NCBI GenBank assembly: GCA_026025075.1
Contig: JAPEUI010000002.1
Span: 124,001 to 188,000 of the forward strand
DNA from: Vezdaea acicularis
Taxonomy: Eukaryota
Length of the DNA: 64,000 nt
Direction: 5' to 3'
In this document: positions 34,201-46,983 of the stretch, in pieces
Layout of the letters: every line of letters starts with the position of its first letter
Numbering within the stretch: the stretch's first letter is position 1
Notes under the pieces: generated by a model
What the model was told of the DNA's origin: nothing
Seen by the model: the letters and a program-made list of their open reading frames with translations, nothing else
Databases searched by the model: none
Position numbers and translations under genes: made by a program

Positions 34201-35453
34201 GCTGGGGGGAATACGATGAGCTGGGGGGAGAGCTGAAAGATGGCCGGCGAGGCGCTGGGAGGGTGGGGTAAAGACCGGATGGATTGACGATGACGAACTG
34301 GACTTGCTGGTGCCGCTGTGATACCTCTTCGAGCTTCTGGATGTTGGCACTTATTCCGCAGGAGTATGATCCAAAGGGACCAGTACCAGAGGTTTTCCTT
34401 TCGCTCGTTCTCCTTGTGTTCTTATTGGAACGCGCGTCGTGTCGTTGGTTGCGGTTTCCTTTTTTGGAATTGTGAAATGAATATCAAGAATACCTCTTTT
34501 TTTGACGAGTATTTATTCGCAGGAGAGGAGAGCTGTCCATCCGGTTCTTTTGGCGGTTCTCACGCTTTTGTGGGGATTTTTCTCTTGCCTGCTTCTGCGT
34601 TGGAATTGAGGTTTCTTCCTTGAACTTGTCCTTGAATTTGTGCGTTTCTGTCATGGGGTTTATTGCCTTGACGTGAGTTTTGTGTCTACCCCTCCCCCAA
34701 TGGTAAAGCTGAAGCGTAATTCTGGTATCTTGTACTTCCACATGGAAGTCTTCATTCGTTCTTCAAAGTATGAATTCTTATTGTGCATTCACTGGCTGTG
34801 ATTATGCCCATCCCCGCAAAGCTAAACCGTAACCTTGCACTTCTACTCGGAAGTCTTCTATTCATCTCCACTATGACCTTCTGTTATGTACTCACAAGCT
34901 CTTGTGAGTTCACGCTCATTGCCGTCTCGTAAAGCTTAATCGTCACTCGGGCATGTTTGTAAGATCAACGGCGAGCTTACTCGGCCCCTCTTTTCATTGT
35001 GTATCCTGTATGATGTCGTACTAGAGGAGTGTATCGCTCGCTGGTCCTAGCACCCTTTCCTTTCTCTCGCATGCCAGAGGAGATCGCGTAGACGTTGGAT
35101 ACGTCGAGAGTCGCGAAAGAGCCTCGGAAGCCGCTCCATGATTGTTTATCTCTCTCGCACAATGAAAGATTATGGACGTTGAATGCACCGCAAGTTGCAG
35201 AGAACCCTGGATGCGGCTTCATTCTTGTGTATATCTCTCGCGCCATAAGAGATTGTGGTGGGTGGCATGTCGAGAGTCGCGGAGGACCTCGGGTGCGGCG
35301 GCTTCGTTGCTGTGTACGGCCAGCTTCGTCAGAACACATGAGCTTCGGCCTCACGTTCGGAGGCCACGGTGCGGCCAGAACACTCACGATCTCACTGGCA
35401 TTCCACGCTCTAGAAGGGATTCAATTCACCATGTTGCTGTCATAGAAAATTCC

Positions 35454-35556
35454 AAAAAGAAAGATCAAATAGAAGCCAGCCCTAAAGAAATATCACCGTC
35501 CCACGGATTCGAACCTGTGAAGCACTTGTTGTACCTGCTACCATCGCACAGGTACC
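35454..35556 (-). other. tRNA-like Pol III promoter relic (perfect B box, weak A box/D-arm, downstream T run)
   Basis: GGTTCGAATCC at 35515..35505, upstream GTGCGATGGTAGCA, T5 about 45 nt downstream. No clean acceptor or anticodon stems. Confidence 0.35.
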
Positions 35557-36719
35557 ACCACCTACCTCCTCTCCCCCTTCCCTCCCCCTCATCTACCAAA
35601 AAGAGAACTCCAAGACAAAAAGAGAACCTCCTCAGCTGCCTCGGAGAGAGCTCACTACTCAGGTTCTCTTCCCCAGGAGAAGGTGTCCGCGGGTAGACAT
35701 GGCTACCAACCCGTACACCGAAGTGTACAAAGTCTCAGATCTTCCCCCGGTGGCCAGTTCGCCTCAGAGCCCGATTACTGGTAGCCAGCTGGCGCAGGGT
35801 TGCCCCCACACCAACTTTCTAGGCAATCGCGCTACGCCCAAGACACCTGGTTGAAGTTTGTGACCGCCGTTTTGCCCTTTTATCCTGCAGTGCTGGGAAC
35901 TTTTCTTTTTGCTGCACTGGGAGGAGCTGCGCAGGTCAATACTGCGTTGGGGACGTCTACTATTGCTATTTCTATTCCATTCAGTGCATTTTTTTCAATG
36001 CAAGTCAATGCAATTCAATGCATGCAGCGCTGTGCTCTGCTTTGCTCTGCTGTGCTGTGCTGCGCTGCTCTCTGCAACCTCCGCAGCCCGATACTGCACG
36101 CAATTGCTCTCCTCTCTCCCCCATCCACGCTTCTCGACGGCCACCCACCAGCTCATGCAACTGACCACAACTAGAACGCATCCTTGCCCTCGTCTACTCT
36201 CTCCCTTCCCCTCCCTCTCCTCTAAATACCAGCAAGTAGCGATTACGATGACCTCTACAATATTAACATTAACGTCAAGCCCCTCAATCTCCGCTCTACA
36301 CTCCTCATCAAGATGAGCGGACGCAGATCAGTTCTCAGCTACTTAGCTAATGCACCATACCGTAACCTCCTACCCCTCTTCACCACGAAGTCCCCTCTCC
36401 GCTCTGTGGCGCGCTCGAGAAGAGCCGAGTGCAGTGGTGGGTTTTGTGGTGGAGTTGTGTTGGATGTGCGCGCTCCTCTCCCTCTTCTTCTTCTTGTTCC
36501 TAGATTGACGGACAGATAGATATAGTGACTAACTGATAAACCATCAGCGCGGTCTCAACAGACCCCCGCCGGCGCTCACATCCTGTAAGCTTGGAACCAG
36601 CGAGCAATAAGCCGCAGACCAGACCAGACCATCCCAACTACTCATCAACTTCCCGCCCGTACCCGACTAGAGCGAGACGTATGGCATTGAGCCCTATCTA
36701 GCTGAGGAAGAAGGAGGTA

Positions 36720-36763
36720 GTAGCAGAAAGGTAGCAGAAAGGTAGCAGAAAAGTAGCAGTAAA
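36720..36763 (+). repeat. 11-bp tandem repeat (GTAGCAGAAAG) x4
   Basis: gtagcagaaag gtagcagaaag gtagcagaaaa gtagcagtaaa. Confidence 0.85.
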
Positions 36764-37092
36764 ATAATAGAAGACGGGAAATGAGAGTACCATACACGAG
36801 CCCCAACGCCTCCAGACATTCATACATATGCACGTACTACTCGGTCGCGGGAACGGAACGCCTCTCTCCCCCCCCTACTGGCGGAATAGGGAATAGGCGT
36901 GTGCTATAGAAGTGACGAGTCCTCGGCTGCGTGGAGGGTTTGGGGGAAAGGGGGGGAGAGGACGAGATAGACTATGATTCAGAAGGCAGAGTACGATTGA
37001 CAGGACAGAGCACAGTTACAGGCATGGGGTAGAGCACGATTCACAAAACAGAGCACAAGACGAGACAACCAATGAATGAATCATTCAACGAG

Positions 37093-37113
37093 TCCATTCC
37101 ATTCCATTCCATT
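37093..37113 (+). repeat. (TCCAT)4 microsatellite
   Basis: Directly visible. Confidence 0.8.
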
Positions 37114-37897
37114 CGAACGACCTGGCTAGCCAACCCCTTCGCCCATGCATACATCCACGCTCCTCCCCACAATGGAAAAAAGTAGACGGAAGGGGGGGGC
37201 AGCGTCATCTACGCATTCGACGAGCAAGTGAGGCAGCAATCGAGTGAGCAACTAATCTAAGGTTATGCTACGCAACAGGCCCCTTCTTCCCAACCCATTC
37301 GTCCAAGCAGAGAGTTCTCCCGCGCACGCAATGTTAGACTAGCTAAGTTAGAAAAAGAATCATGCCCATGGTGTCAGCTTCGTTGATGAAGTGCGCTTAT
37401 TCTAGTTCTCCTGATAGAGAAGGATGATATCGTAATCGCCAGACGCCAAGTATGAGTGATTTGTAGACGCTTCCAGGGAATGGGGGGGTCCCATGCTAGT
37501 AGATGTGAGTGGGGGAAAAGGTCAGTCGGGGCGGGGGTTGATCGCTAGAGAGGTGCTGAATGGCGTGTTGGGAAGAGATCCGAAAGATGGAGGAGGGTCG
37601 TGATCTACCTTATCGTCAGACATGCGGGAATATCGGACGGTGTAGCAAAGGTTTGGACGGGCATGAAGCACATAAAGTTGCTGCTCGGGTATTTTCATGA
37701 CGGCGTCTGGTTGTATATCGTAACAGGTCATCCTCCTAAGTTCCCACTTCGTTTCAACATGGCGGTCGTAAAGGGCTGTAATGTGATGGGGGATATGGCT
37801 TGTCATGTCAGAATACAGTGTGACAGGCATCAGGGTGAGATGAATGAGCCAACCAAGGACAAGCAGAGTATGCGGAATCCGGAGACGCCACGGCTTG

Positions 37898-40800
37898 TCA
37901 TACACCATAAGTCTGTGTGAGAGCAGCCCGATCCTGTGGGCTCATCTGCTCGAGGAAGGCCTTGAAGTCAGGGATGATTTGTTTGTAGCCAGCCAGGGTC
38001 TACGAACAACCAATTAGCTATTGTTCCCATAACACTTGTCCACCCAACTCACCTGCTGAAATAGAGGTTTGAGGACCTCACTCGCATGGGTCTTGGGCCG
38101 CAGAACCTTCTCGTACGTCGCAATAGCATGAAAGTAGGTCAGAAGACACCGCTCCATAGCCTGAGGGTTCTGATTGACAATCATAGTGAAGCCCTGGAAA
38201 GCTGTTCCCTTCTCATCCGTCTCATCGACCTTACGTATAGAACTCAAGAACAGCTCTGCAAACTCTCCGAGTGAAGGGCCAAGTTCTTCTGCGCATCCAA
38301 TACCTAGACGACCAAGCGCGATCGCGACGTTCTCGCTGACTGACTCTGGCACGTCTACATCGCGAAGGATGGCGAGTAGCATCTGATACAGTCCCTTTGC
38401 CCACGGTACCATCCCTTTCCCATGGCGTATCGATATCTCTCCAGCAGACCAAGAGGCATTGTTGATAACGCTGTAGCCGGTATCAATATTATTCTCCGTT
38501 AAATTGTCAAGAGCCAGCTGCTTAATCAAGGTCGGCAGCATCCCGGAGAGGTGAGGTTGAAGACGAGGAAACACATAGATCGCCGAATCACCTAGCAAGG
38601 CGTAGGAGGACTGCCGAACGTCATAACTTGGATCTTCCATGCAGAAACTCAAGAGTTCGAAGAAGCTCGGCTGTGTTTTCCCGACCAGTTGCTCGCTCTG
38701 CTTCGACCCAAGAGCTTGGATGATGGCGCTCAGTAGATCAAGGCTTGTGACCAGGAAGTCTTTGTCGGGTGTGTCAAAAGAGCCGTTGCTGATAGCAGTG
38801 AGGTATTCTTGGAGATTGAGGTGAATGATTCGAATGCAGCGGTCGAAGATGGGTTCGGCGAATGGAAAGAACGACGGGCCCAAGGCAGTCGCGACATAAG
38901 ACAGACATTCCAACAAGGGAAACAGCTCCCGCGCTTGATCAGACACCTTGTGCCATCGATTGATCAAAGCTGACATTAGTATTTCCATCAGCTCGTCCTG
39001 CGCAAGAGCATGATCAACTTTCTCAGCTAGAGTCTGAATACAGTCATAGAGCGTAAACATATTCCGCTCCTTGTATCTTGAGAAACAAAGAGCGAACTGT
39101 TGCACGATTGGTTTGCAGTAAGGTATTAGCCGCTCGCCTGCATTTTCTTCCAGATTCGCAAATGCAGTGGCGGCTGCTTCCTGCACTTTCTTGTTGCTGT
39201 CAAGCATTTTTTGGAGGATTCCTTCCATCATCGGCACGAAGTATTGCGCTTTCATGCCTGCATCCTCCAAGTAAGCCGCCCAGCCAGAGTATCTCCCCAA
39301 CGTCCAGCAGGTGATCTTTCGTACAACAGGTTCCGGATCGTTCAGAAGGGAGAGAAGATATGGGATGAGAGCTGGTAAATGGGGGGTGACAACAATCATA
39401 CAGCCTTCCGCGACGGCTCCTAACGCAAGTACTGCAGCTTCTCTATTCGGCCATTCCTCATGCCGCAAATTTTCCAGCAGATACGGTAGCGTAGCTTCAA
39501 ATACCGGCTCATGAAAGACAGATGCCAGCGTATCCAAGGATGCAGCTGAGCATTTCCGAAGATTCCATCTCTCTTCGGGGTCACCATCTCCGTCATCATC
39601 GTCATCGATCTCATCAATTTCGCCGTCACTAAGTTCTTCATCAGCAACAGAAGTTATTGCGGCGACACCATTGACAGTAGCGTCTTTTGAGGCACTTTCA
39701 TTGTTACTTGCTGAAGCAAGCGCCCGCCCTCCTTTTGAGCTGGCGAACAGAGGCTTAATGTCTTCGTCTCGATCTTCTTGCTCTGCGTCGTCATCTCCTC
39801 CTTCTAGTGAAAAGATATCATCCTCACTATAAATCATACTTTGTAGTAGGACAGGGATCACCTTCGGTAGGTAAGGTCCCAGGGAAGGCTGGAGTATTTC
39901 ATTCTCTGAAACAGCAAGCCAGAACTCGGCAGCTTCCAACATCAAATCTGGGTCTTCCGACTTCCTTTGTTGCGTTACGATAAAGTCGACCAGCCCGCCC
40001 ATATGAGGTGCAATCTTATCGGGCCGTATATCGACAATTAGAACAAAGGTCCTGCAAACCTGTCGGCGTACGTCATTACTAGAATCACTTGCGAGTTGAA
40101 AAAGTCGCTCCATGATTGTGTCAAGGGACTGGATGAGTGCCCGCGGCTTCTGCGGAATGAATGCATTGATGCACGCAAGCGCTTGAGACCTAACCTTCGG
40201 TAATGGACTTGCTGTGAGTGCCAGTAATTTAGGTATGATGAAGTCCATGGGCCGTTCTCCTTGGTAGTCTTTGTCAAGGACCTTCTTGTTGTCTTCGCAC
40301 ACTTTCACCAAGGCTCCGGTGGCTCCTTCTTGCGCTTCTGGAGATATGTTTCCAGAGTCGTTATGTGCTAAGGAGAATAGCTCAAGGAGCAATTGTGGCC
40401 AACCAAGTACACCACCTTGGCGAACAATCTCAGTAATGACATTGCCAGCAAACGCCCTGATCTGGGCGTTACTATCTTGGAGTGCAAGTAGCACTGAAGT
40501 TCGGACGTATGCTTGACTAGTGTTTGATATCGATTTGTATGAGGTTTTTATATCGTTCTTAAGCATAATACCAGCAGAAGATCGTGCAGAGTGGAAATCT
40601 ACAAGGCTGAGAGACAGGCTTGAAGGAAGCTGGGGGCTTGCCAAGAGGTATGCAAGGTAGTTGTTAATGTCTGGTGATAGCTTGGCTTGCTCCAGCATCT
40701 ATTTCGAAGACAATTAGCAAAGCTCTTCAATTCTAGGTCGGGCCATGAGAGATCCAGTGAATGTAAGGTCCGCTGAGATCATCACTGAAGCTGATCTCAT

Positions 40801-40926
40801 GAGTATTTTAGAGGAAAGACTAACCAGTGTTGCCCGCTTCTGAGCATTTACGTCGTGGCCACTTAGTGAATCTTTTAAATAGCCCACGAGCTCCTTGAGC
40901 GGCTCCTCCTGAGGCTGCCACGACAT
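37898..40926 (-). CDS. KAP104: Importin beta-2 / transportin (Kap104)
   Basis: MSWQPQEEPLKEL start, introns 40699..40824 and 38000..38052. HEAT-repeat protein with acidic loop (EDRDEDIKPLFA...DGEID), WNLRKCSAASLD, VRKITCWTLGRY, VINNASWSAGEI. Confidence 0.93.
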
Positions 40927-41250
40927 GGCTACGTGATACTGGTAGTGGATGTTCCCGCACTTCGTGGTAATGAAAAGTGAGGGCACACAAGAGTGCAGTC
41001 GATGTTTTGACTCGTCACACTGATCTGTTCCCTGTTCGGTACGTCGAGCCCGCCCAAGCCGCCACCGAGGTTCCACTGCCACCGCTCGCTCTCGCCAAGT
41101 CACGTTTGGGGTTGCGTCAAATTCAAGAAAACCAGAGCTGGCATACATGGCGCTACATCTCTTGTTTTTCTCGATGCAATCAGAAGCTGGATTGACTAGA
41201 GGTCTAATGTGATGGGAAATAGGTATATTAAGCAATATGTATTACTACAG

Positions 41251-43748
41251 TCATCTATTTCCGCTCTTTCCTTTCTTAAATGACCTCGGAGCAGCTTTCC
41301 CTCCCTTCTTTCTGGTCACAACTTTCTTGCCAACTCGATCCGCCTTACCCTTCTTCCACATCTTCCCTTCAGTCCTCATATCTTTATCGTCTAATCTTTT
41401 CTTATCCTTGTTACTCAACTTCTTCTTCTCCTTCTTGCCTACTACACCCTCTGGACCATTCAACTCCGCCATTCCGGCCTTCTTCGCTGCCCTCTTGTCC
41501 TTCTCACTTTCAAACCAAGTGCGCTTTGGCCTTGCAAGAATCTCACTCTCGTGCACTATGATATTCTCACCACGCTTGACTTGCATCTCTGCTTGTGAGA
41601 GCTGCTTCTCCTCCTTCTCTTCTCTCAAAATGTCATTAATCTCCTCTTCTATTCTATTCACCTTCTTAGCCCAATTATCAGCTTCTTCGGGGTCTACAAC
41701 GCGGCTGAGGACCTTTGCGCCCTGAGCCTTGCCCGCTCTGACTGCCGCCTTGACAACTTTGCGATCTGGTTCGGCTGCAATCGTGCATGCGCGCCCCGCA
41801 CGACCGGCACGCGCCGTGCGACCAACGCGATGAAGATAGATTTCATGAGATTGCGGAGCCTCATAGTTGATCACGGTTTCAACACCCTTGATATCTAGAC
41901 CACGGGATGCAAGGTCCGTGGCAAGCAGAAATGAGACTTTGCCATCGCGGAACAGTTCGACACTGCTGATTCGCTGTCATCACTATTAGCTTGTACTTTG
42001 TATAGTATTAGACTTATAATCCAAACCTGCTCCTGAGTCATGCTCCCATGAAGCTCTGCTGCCTTAAGACCACAAAGCCCAAAGACTATTCTCACGCGAT
42101 GAGCCTCCTTCTTTTGGCGGAAGAAGATGATGACCCTGTCCGTGTAGACGTTGTTACACAGCAGCATCAAGTATCCTAATCGCTTCTCCTCTCTACCAGG
42201 CCGTAACCTTACAAACTCCTGTACAAGAGTCCCGACTGTTTGTTTTCGTGCGTCGAGGAGGAGGCGCACTGGCCGGTCCATACCCACACGAATGAGCTTG
42301 TCCACAGAATCCGTCATTGTCGCCGAGAACAATAAAGTTTGCCTACTCTTTGGAATTGTCGTGAGGATTTCGTTGAGCTCATCTGCAAACCCATCCTCAA
42401 GCATACGATCCGCTTCATCTAGGACTAGAATCTCCAGCGTGTCGATCGTGAAGCTCAGAGAATTTCGTATGTGATCTATAAACCTACCAGGTGTCGCCAT
42501 GATTACGTCTGGCCTCTTTCTGAGCTCTTTCTCCTGCTCGCGCAGACTGAACCCACCTACGAGACAGCAGAACGTGATGTCCGTGAAGGCGGCCAGTTTT
42601 ACTGCCACATTATAGCACTGTACCGCAAGCTCACGTGTTGGCATAAGTATAGCGACACGACTTGTCGAAACCTTCTTAGGACGATACAACAGGCGCTCAA
42701 GTATCGGGACTAGAAACGCGGCTGTCTTGCCTGATCCTGTCACAGCACCACCCACAACATCTTTGCCGAGTAGGGCGATTGGAATTGCCTTCGTTTGAAT
42801 GGCTGTGGGAATCGTGAAGCCGACCGCAGCAAGACCTCTGAGGACAGGGCGAGATAGGGACATGGATTGGAAAGAGACCGCTTTATGTGCTCTGGACGAC
42901 TTGTCGGCATTGGCGGCTGGCTCTTCAATGGCGAAGAAAGCCTCTCTACGCGCTTTCTCAATAAGGTCATGGCGATCTTCTGCAACTGACGATGTATCCG
43001 AGACTTCATCATCAGGATGGGGCACTGCAGCTGCAACAGAGTCATTGTCAGATCCTTCGCTATCATCTCCCTGATCCGAGTCTGACTTGGCTGATCCATC
43101 CCTTTCCGAAAGGCCGTCGTCATCTTCCTCCTCTTCGTTCAATGTGCCCATTCCAAAGCCGTCTTCTGCAAGCAACTCATCATCTCTCATCATTTCTACC
43201 CATGCGTCTGCATTTTCTGGTTCTTCATCTGCTTTCACCGTAGACTTGGTGCTGTGGTTTCGCTCTTCCATGATAAGACCATCTGAGTCTGCAGCACTAG
43301 GGTCCTTCGCCCTTCTTCTTGCAATAAGCTCATCAATATCTACTCCCTTCTTATCTCCGTTGGTGCCATTCCTGTCAAGGTGCTGGCCAATGCCCCAGCC
43401 ATCGAAGTCTTCGATAACGCCAGTCCCTGTTTCGGCTGTCTGAAACTCGAAATCCGAGTTCATGGCACCATCGTCTTCTCCATGCGTCGTAACCTCTACG
43501 CTTTCCTCTTGTAGAACAATATCTGGCCCTGCAGCAATGCTTTTCTGCCTCTTCGTCGAGTTGTATGCCCCATTGCTCCTCTTTTCGCTGGCCCGCTTTC
43601 GCTTCTGAGAAGGCTTCTGCGCAATTGACTTTGGGACCTTCGCATCCTCTGAAGGCTCTTTGGAGTTTGATCTAGTTGCCTCATTATCTGATAATGTCAT
43701 AACAAAGTCATCATCGTTGGAGACAAGTCGCTCATGTACTGCCGCCAT
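41251..43748 (-). CDS. DRS1: DEAD-box RNA helicase Drs1/DDX27 (60S biogenesis)
   Basis: Acidic N-terminus, [56 protein letters not shown]. Intron 41974..42026. Confidence 0.94.
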
Positions 43749-44512
43749 TTTTCCGTGTATGTCTTCAGATATAATGTTAGATCCCAATGCTGGAATAGTG
43801 TGGACAGCACACGGCAAGGATCTTTCTCACCGCCCGGCAGAAAACCCCACCAATAAGAATGCAGGAATCATACTGGGCATAATAATGAGGAATTCTGGTC
43901 AAATAGGCTTTGTATCACGCTCGATTCAATAGGCTATGGACGTACTACTTGCATCAGAACCAAACAAACTTCTTCCTTTTAGAGCTCTTCATGGAATCGC
44001 ACCTACGTCCAGACACGACCGGAGAGCAACCCCTTAGGACAAAGATGTTTGGACATCAAGGTGTCTCAGGAAACACTGACTATCGTTACCTTCGTGCGCT
44101 CGATCGCAGGGACTTTCAAACTCTCCCCTGCCCATAGAGGCCGTAGGGGACTTGCCAGTACTAGCCAGGGCTTCATTTTTAATGAATTGTCATCCCCGCA
44201 GACAAACCAAGGGGTTAACGCAATCCCCAATGATTAAAGCGAAGTGATTAATGGTCTGAAACAATGCATGCACTGGCTAGTGACTCAAGGGTCTGACTCG
44301 CGAGTAGAGACGTGACTGCCACATTTGGGTAACTGCCCCCTGGGCTAGTCTTAGCGCTAGGTTCCCGCACCGCAACGTAGTGATCACTTTTGTACTGCCT
44401 ATTCTCCAAATGTAGTCTTTGCATTCCATAAGCCACCGTTGCTCAACGAGCACATACCACCGACAGAGTTGCAAGTAAATTCTAGACCTAGAAATCTAGG
44501 CTATTAGTAGTC

Positions 44513-45779
44513 ATGCCTTTTGTCCCTGAGGACCCGGCCAAGCATGCTGCAGAGCTAGCCCGGGCGTTGGCTATGCATCCGACGAGTGAGTGACATCTAC
44601 TCCACTGTAAGATAGAGCGACAAATTGATGTATACTGGTCTATCAGGGGCACCTCTTCTTACTCGATACCCGGAAAGAGTCCACGAGCACTTGGCTCTAC
44701 CTGGAAGTGAGGAGCAATGTGTCCGGATGCTCGAAAGATGTGTCAACAGCAAGACATGGTTTATCGATCAAAATGGCGTGAGGAAGAAAGGAGAAGTATT
44801 TGAAGATGTGTTCCGGGCGATGTTTCGAGATTCACCGCAAGTCCTGAGGAACCCTACAGGCGCTCCTATTCCGAAGTGGCCCATCATAGTGAAAGAGATT
44901 TGTCGCAGAGTAACTGAAGACGGCGGAAACTTTCGCTCCGTTATGGACGCTCTGACAGCCGATGTATACCGTGTAGTATCAGTTGGACCGGTCGAAAGTA
45001 AGCTGGAAGAGACAAAGCTTAATCTCATTGAATGAAACTGATGGTTGAGCATAGTTGGACTCACAGAAAGAGAGTGGTTGCTAGTTGAGGATCACCGCGC
45101 TTGCAAATTCATCAATATTGAGTTCTGGAATTGGGATGAGTTGGAGTCAAAGACTCTACACAAAACTTACCAAACAGTCATGGAGTTGGATGTGTATAAA
45201 TGGCGTCCGCGCGCTCCCACTGACCCAACTTCAGCGCGGGGACGACTCGAAGTGCTCCTTAAGAGAATCGAGCATCGTTGCATTGCAAGCCATATCCGCT
45301 GCGAAGGGGTAACTGGTTGCCCATGTGAGTTCTCTTACCGCTTCAAAGCTGTTATTGATATCCAAAATGCCGGGTGAGGGGCAACAATATGAAGGTACTA
45401 ATAGTTAGCTGTAGTGGGAATCGACCTTGACGGTGCCAAGGCCAATGATCCGACTTTCAAGGAGTTTTTGACCAAAGAGGAGGCTTGGGCGCTGGTCATA
45501 CGGGATCAATTCAATAGCCAAAAGATAACTTCATGTCATAAAGTGAGCAAGACACCAAACGTCCAGAAACGGCAGAAGATTCAGAAGACAAAGACTCTCA
45601 CAAGGAAGACTGAGACTCTGCTAGAGTTGTCGCTCGAGAAAGAGAACGGAGGAACCCTAGCAGCCGCCATGGCTGTTATGGATGAAGGGCATGCGGCGAA
45701 CGAGAACGCGAAAGGGAAGGATAATGAAACGACGGACATTGTTATAGTGCAGGACCATAACATCGAGGAAGATACATGA
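44513..45779 (+). CDS. Four-exon hypothetical protein (352 aa), orphan-like
   Basis: ATG 44513. Introns 44586..44646 (GTGAGT/CAG), 44998..45054 (GTAAGC/TAG) and 45325..45414 (GTGAGT/TACTAAT/TAG), all phase 1, join three listed ORFs into one 1059-nt frame. Confidence 0.7.
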
Positions 45780-46983
45780 GCCTGAAGCACCTACAAGGAC
45801 TCGATACCTCACTTCAGTAGGAGAGCTACCCTTGTTTCTGGGGCCCATTTGAACGTCCTTCTCTTTCTCTACTATAGGACCTACTGCCTAGGAAAGTCAT
45901 GCGGCTAAAAATCCTGCTTGATTTCGTTTGACGCCCATGGCCATGATTCCTTCATAAGCCTTCCCATAGCTAAATCTCCAAATTTCCTTGAAGTGGGTGT
46001 CTTCTCGGAATGTAATCTAGATAGCTGAATACACAGAATCTGAATAGCAAGATAGTTTCCGATGAGCGTGACGACATCCGCAAGTCATAGAAGAGCGTTA
46101 ATAGTTAGATAGAATGGAGCATCCTGTTTGTTAGTGTATGGGTGTAAGCGCAACATAGATCAAGGTCGCCCGCCACTGCAAAGCGCCCTTCCATACGAGC
46201 CAATGGAGTTATGGCTAGCACCAGACGGGCCAAAACCTATATCAACCAAGACCTTCGTGGAGCGGGCCTGACGAAGTGTCATTTGCATTCGAGACAAACC
46301 CACAGCTGAAGCAGCATCGGTCAAACGGTGGTTCCTGGAGTTAGAATAGAGTAATGAGATGTAGAGAGGGAGTTACCGTGCTTTGCTTCCATGATGGAAG
46401 CCGACATAATTCACGTGCCTTCATAACTCGAATATGGTGTGGAAGCAATATGCCAAGCGCTTATGACAGAGCGTAATGCACGATCCACAAATGGCGCGGT
46501 CTGCTCGCTTAACTGCCCAAGAAACTAGAGCCGTGACGCCAGGCTGGTCGTGAGTAGAGGGTCAAATTCTCGAAGCTCTTCTGAGGGACAACACGGGCTC
46601 CAAGTATTAATACGCCCTGACATCCTTTCATTCAACCCTTCCCACAACCTTTCTTCATCTCCGAACTTCTCTTTCACTCATTTACAGCCTCGCTGTATGC
46701 AACCTCACCTCAGCGGCCAACTGCATTTCATTCATGACCTGAGTTGAACTTCTAGCTCATGATTGAGATCGACCATCTCGAAGCAAAGCGACCTGCACTC
46801 GCCACGTCTAGAGATCGTTCACAACGAACCGCATATTCCATTCTGGTTCTATCTAGGTAGATCTAAGCTAGTATATGACTCTTAAAGCAGATCCTGCTGA
46901 AAGAGATCGGAGAGACCAGATAGCTGTTGGCGGCCAGTGGCGGGGAGGAAGACTGGCTGACGTCCTTGTACTTGCCTTTCGCC

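Noticed and set aside
37522..37920. Overlapping 128-aa (-) and 106-aa (+) ORFs
   Set aside because: They overlap the KAP104 stop and 3' UTR and show no recognisable motif.
40740..40824. TPP-riboswitch-like words (GCTGAGAT...CTGATCT...GAAAG) on the plus strand
   Set aside because: Antisense to KAP104, lacks the conserved TAATACCAGCG-type P5 segment, and the host gene is unrelated to thiamine.
40927..41235. Apparent N-terminal extension of KAP104 (173-aa ORF from a TTG)
   Set aside because: The recognisable protein starts at MSWQPQ (40926); the upstream stretch is the short DRS1-KAP104 intergenic region.
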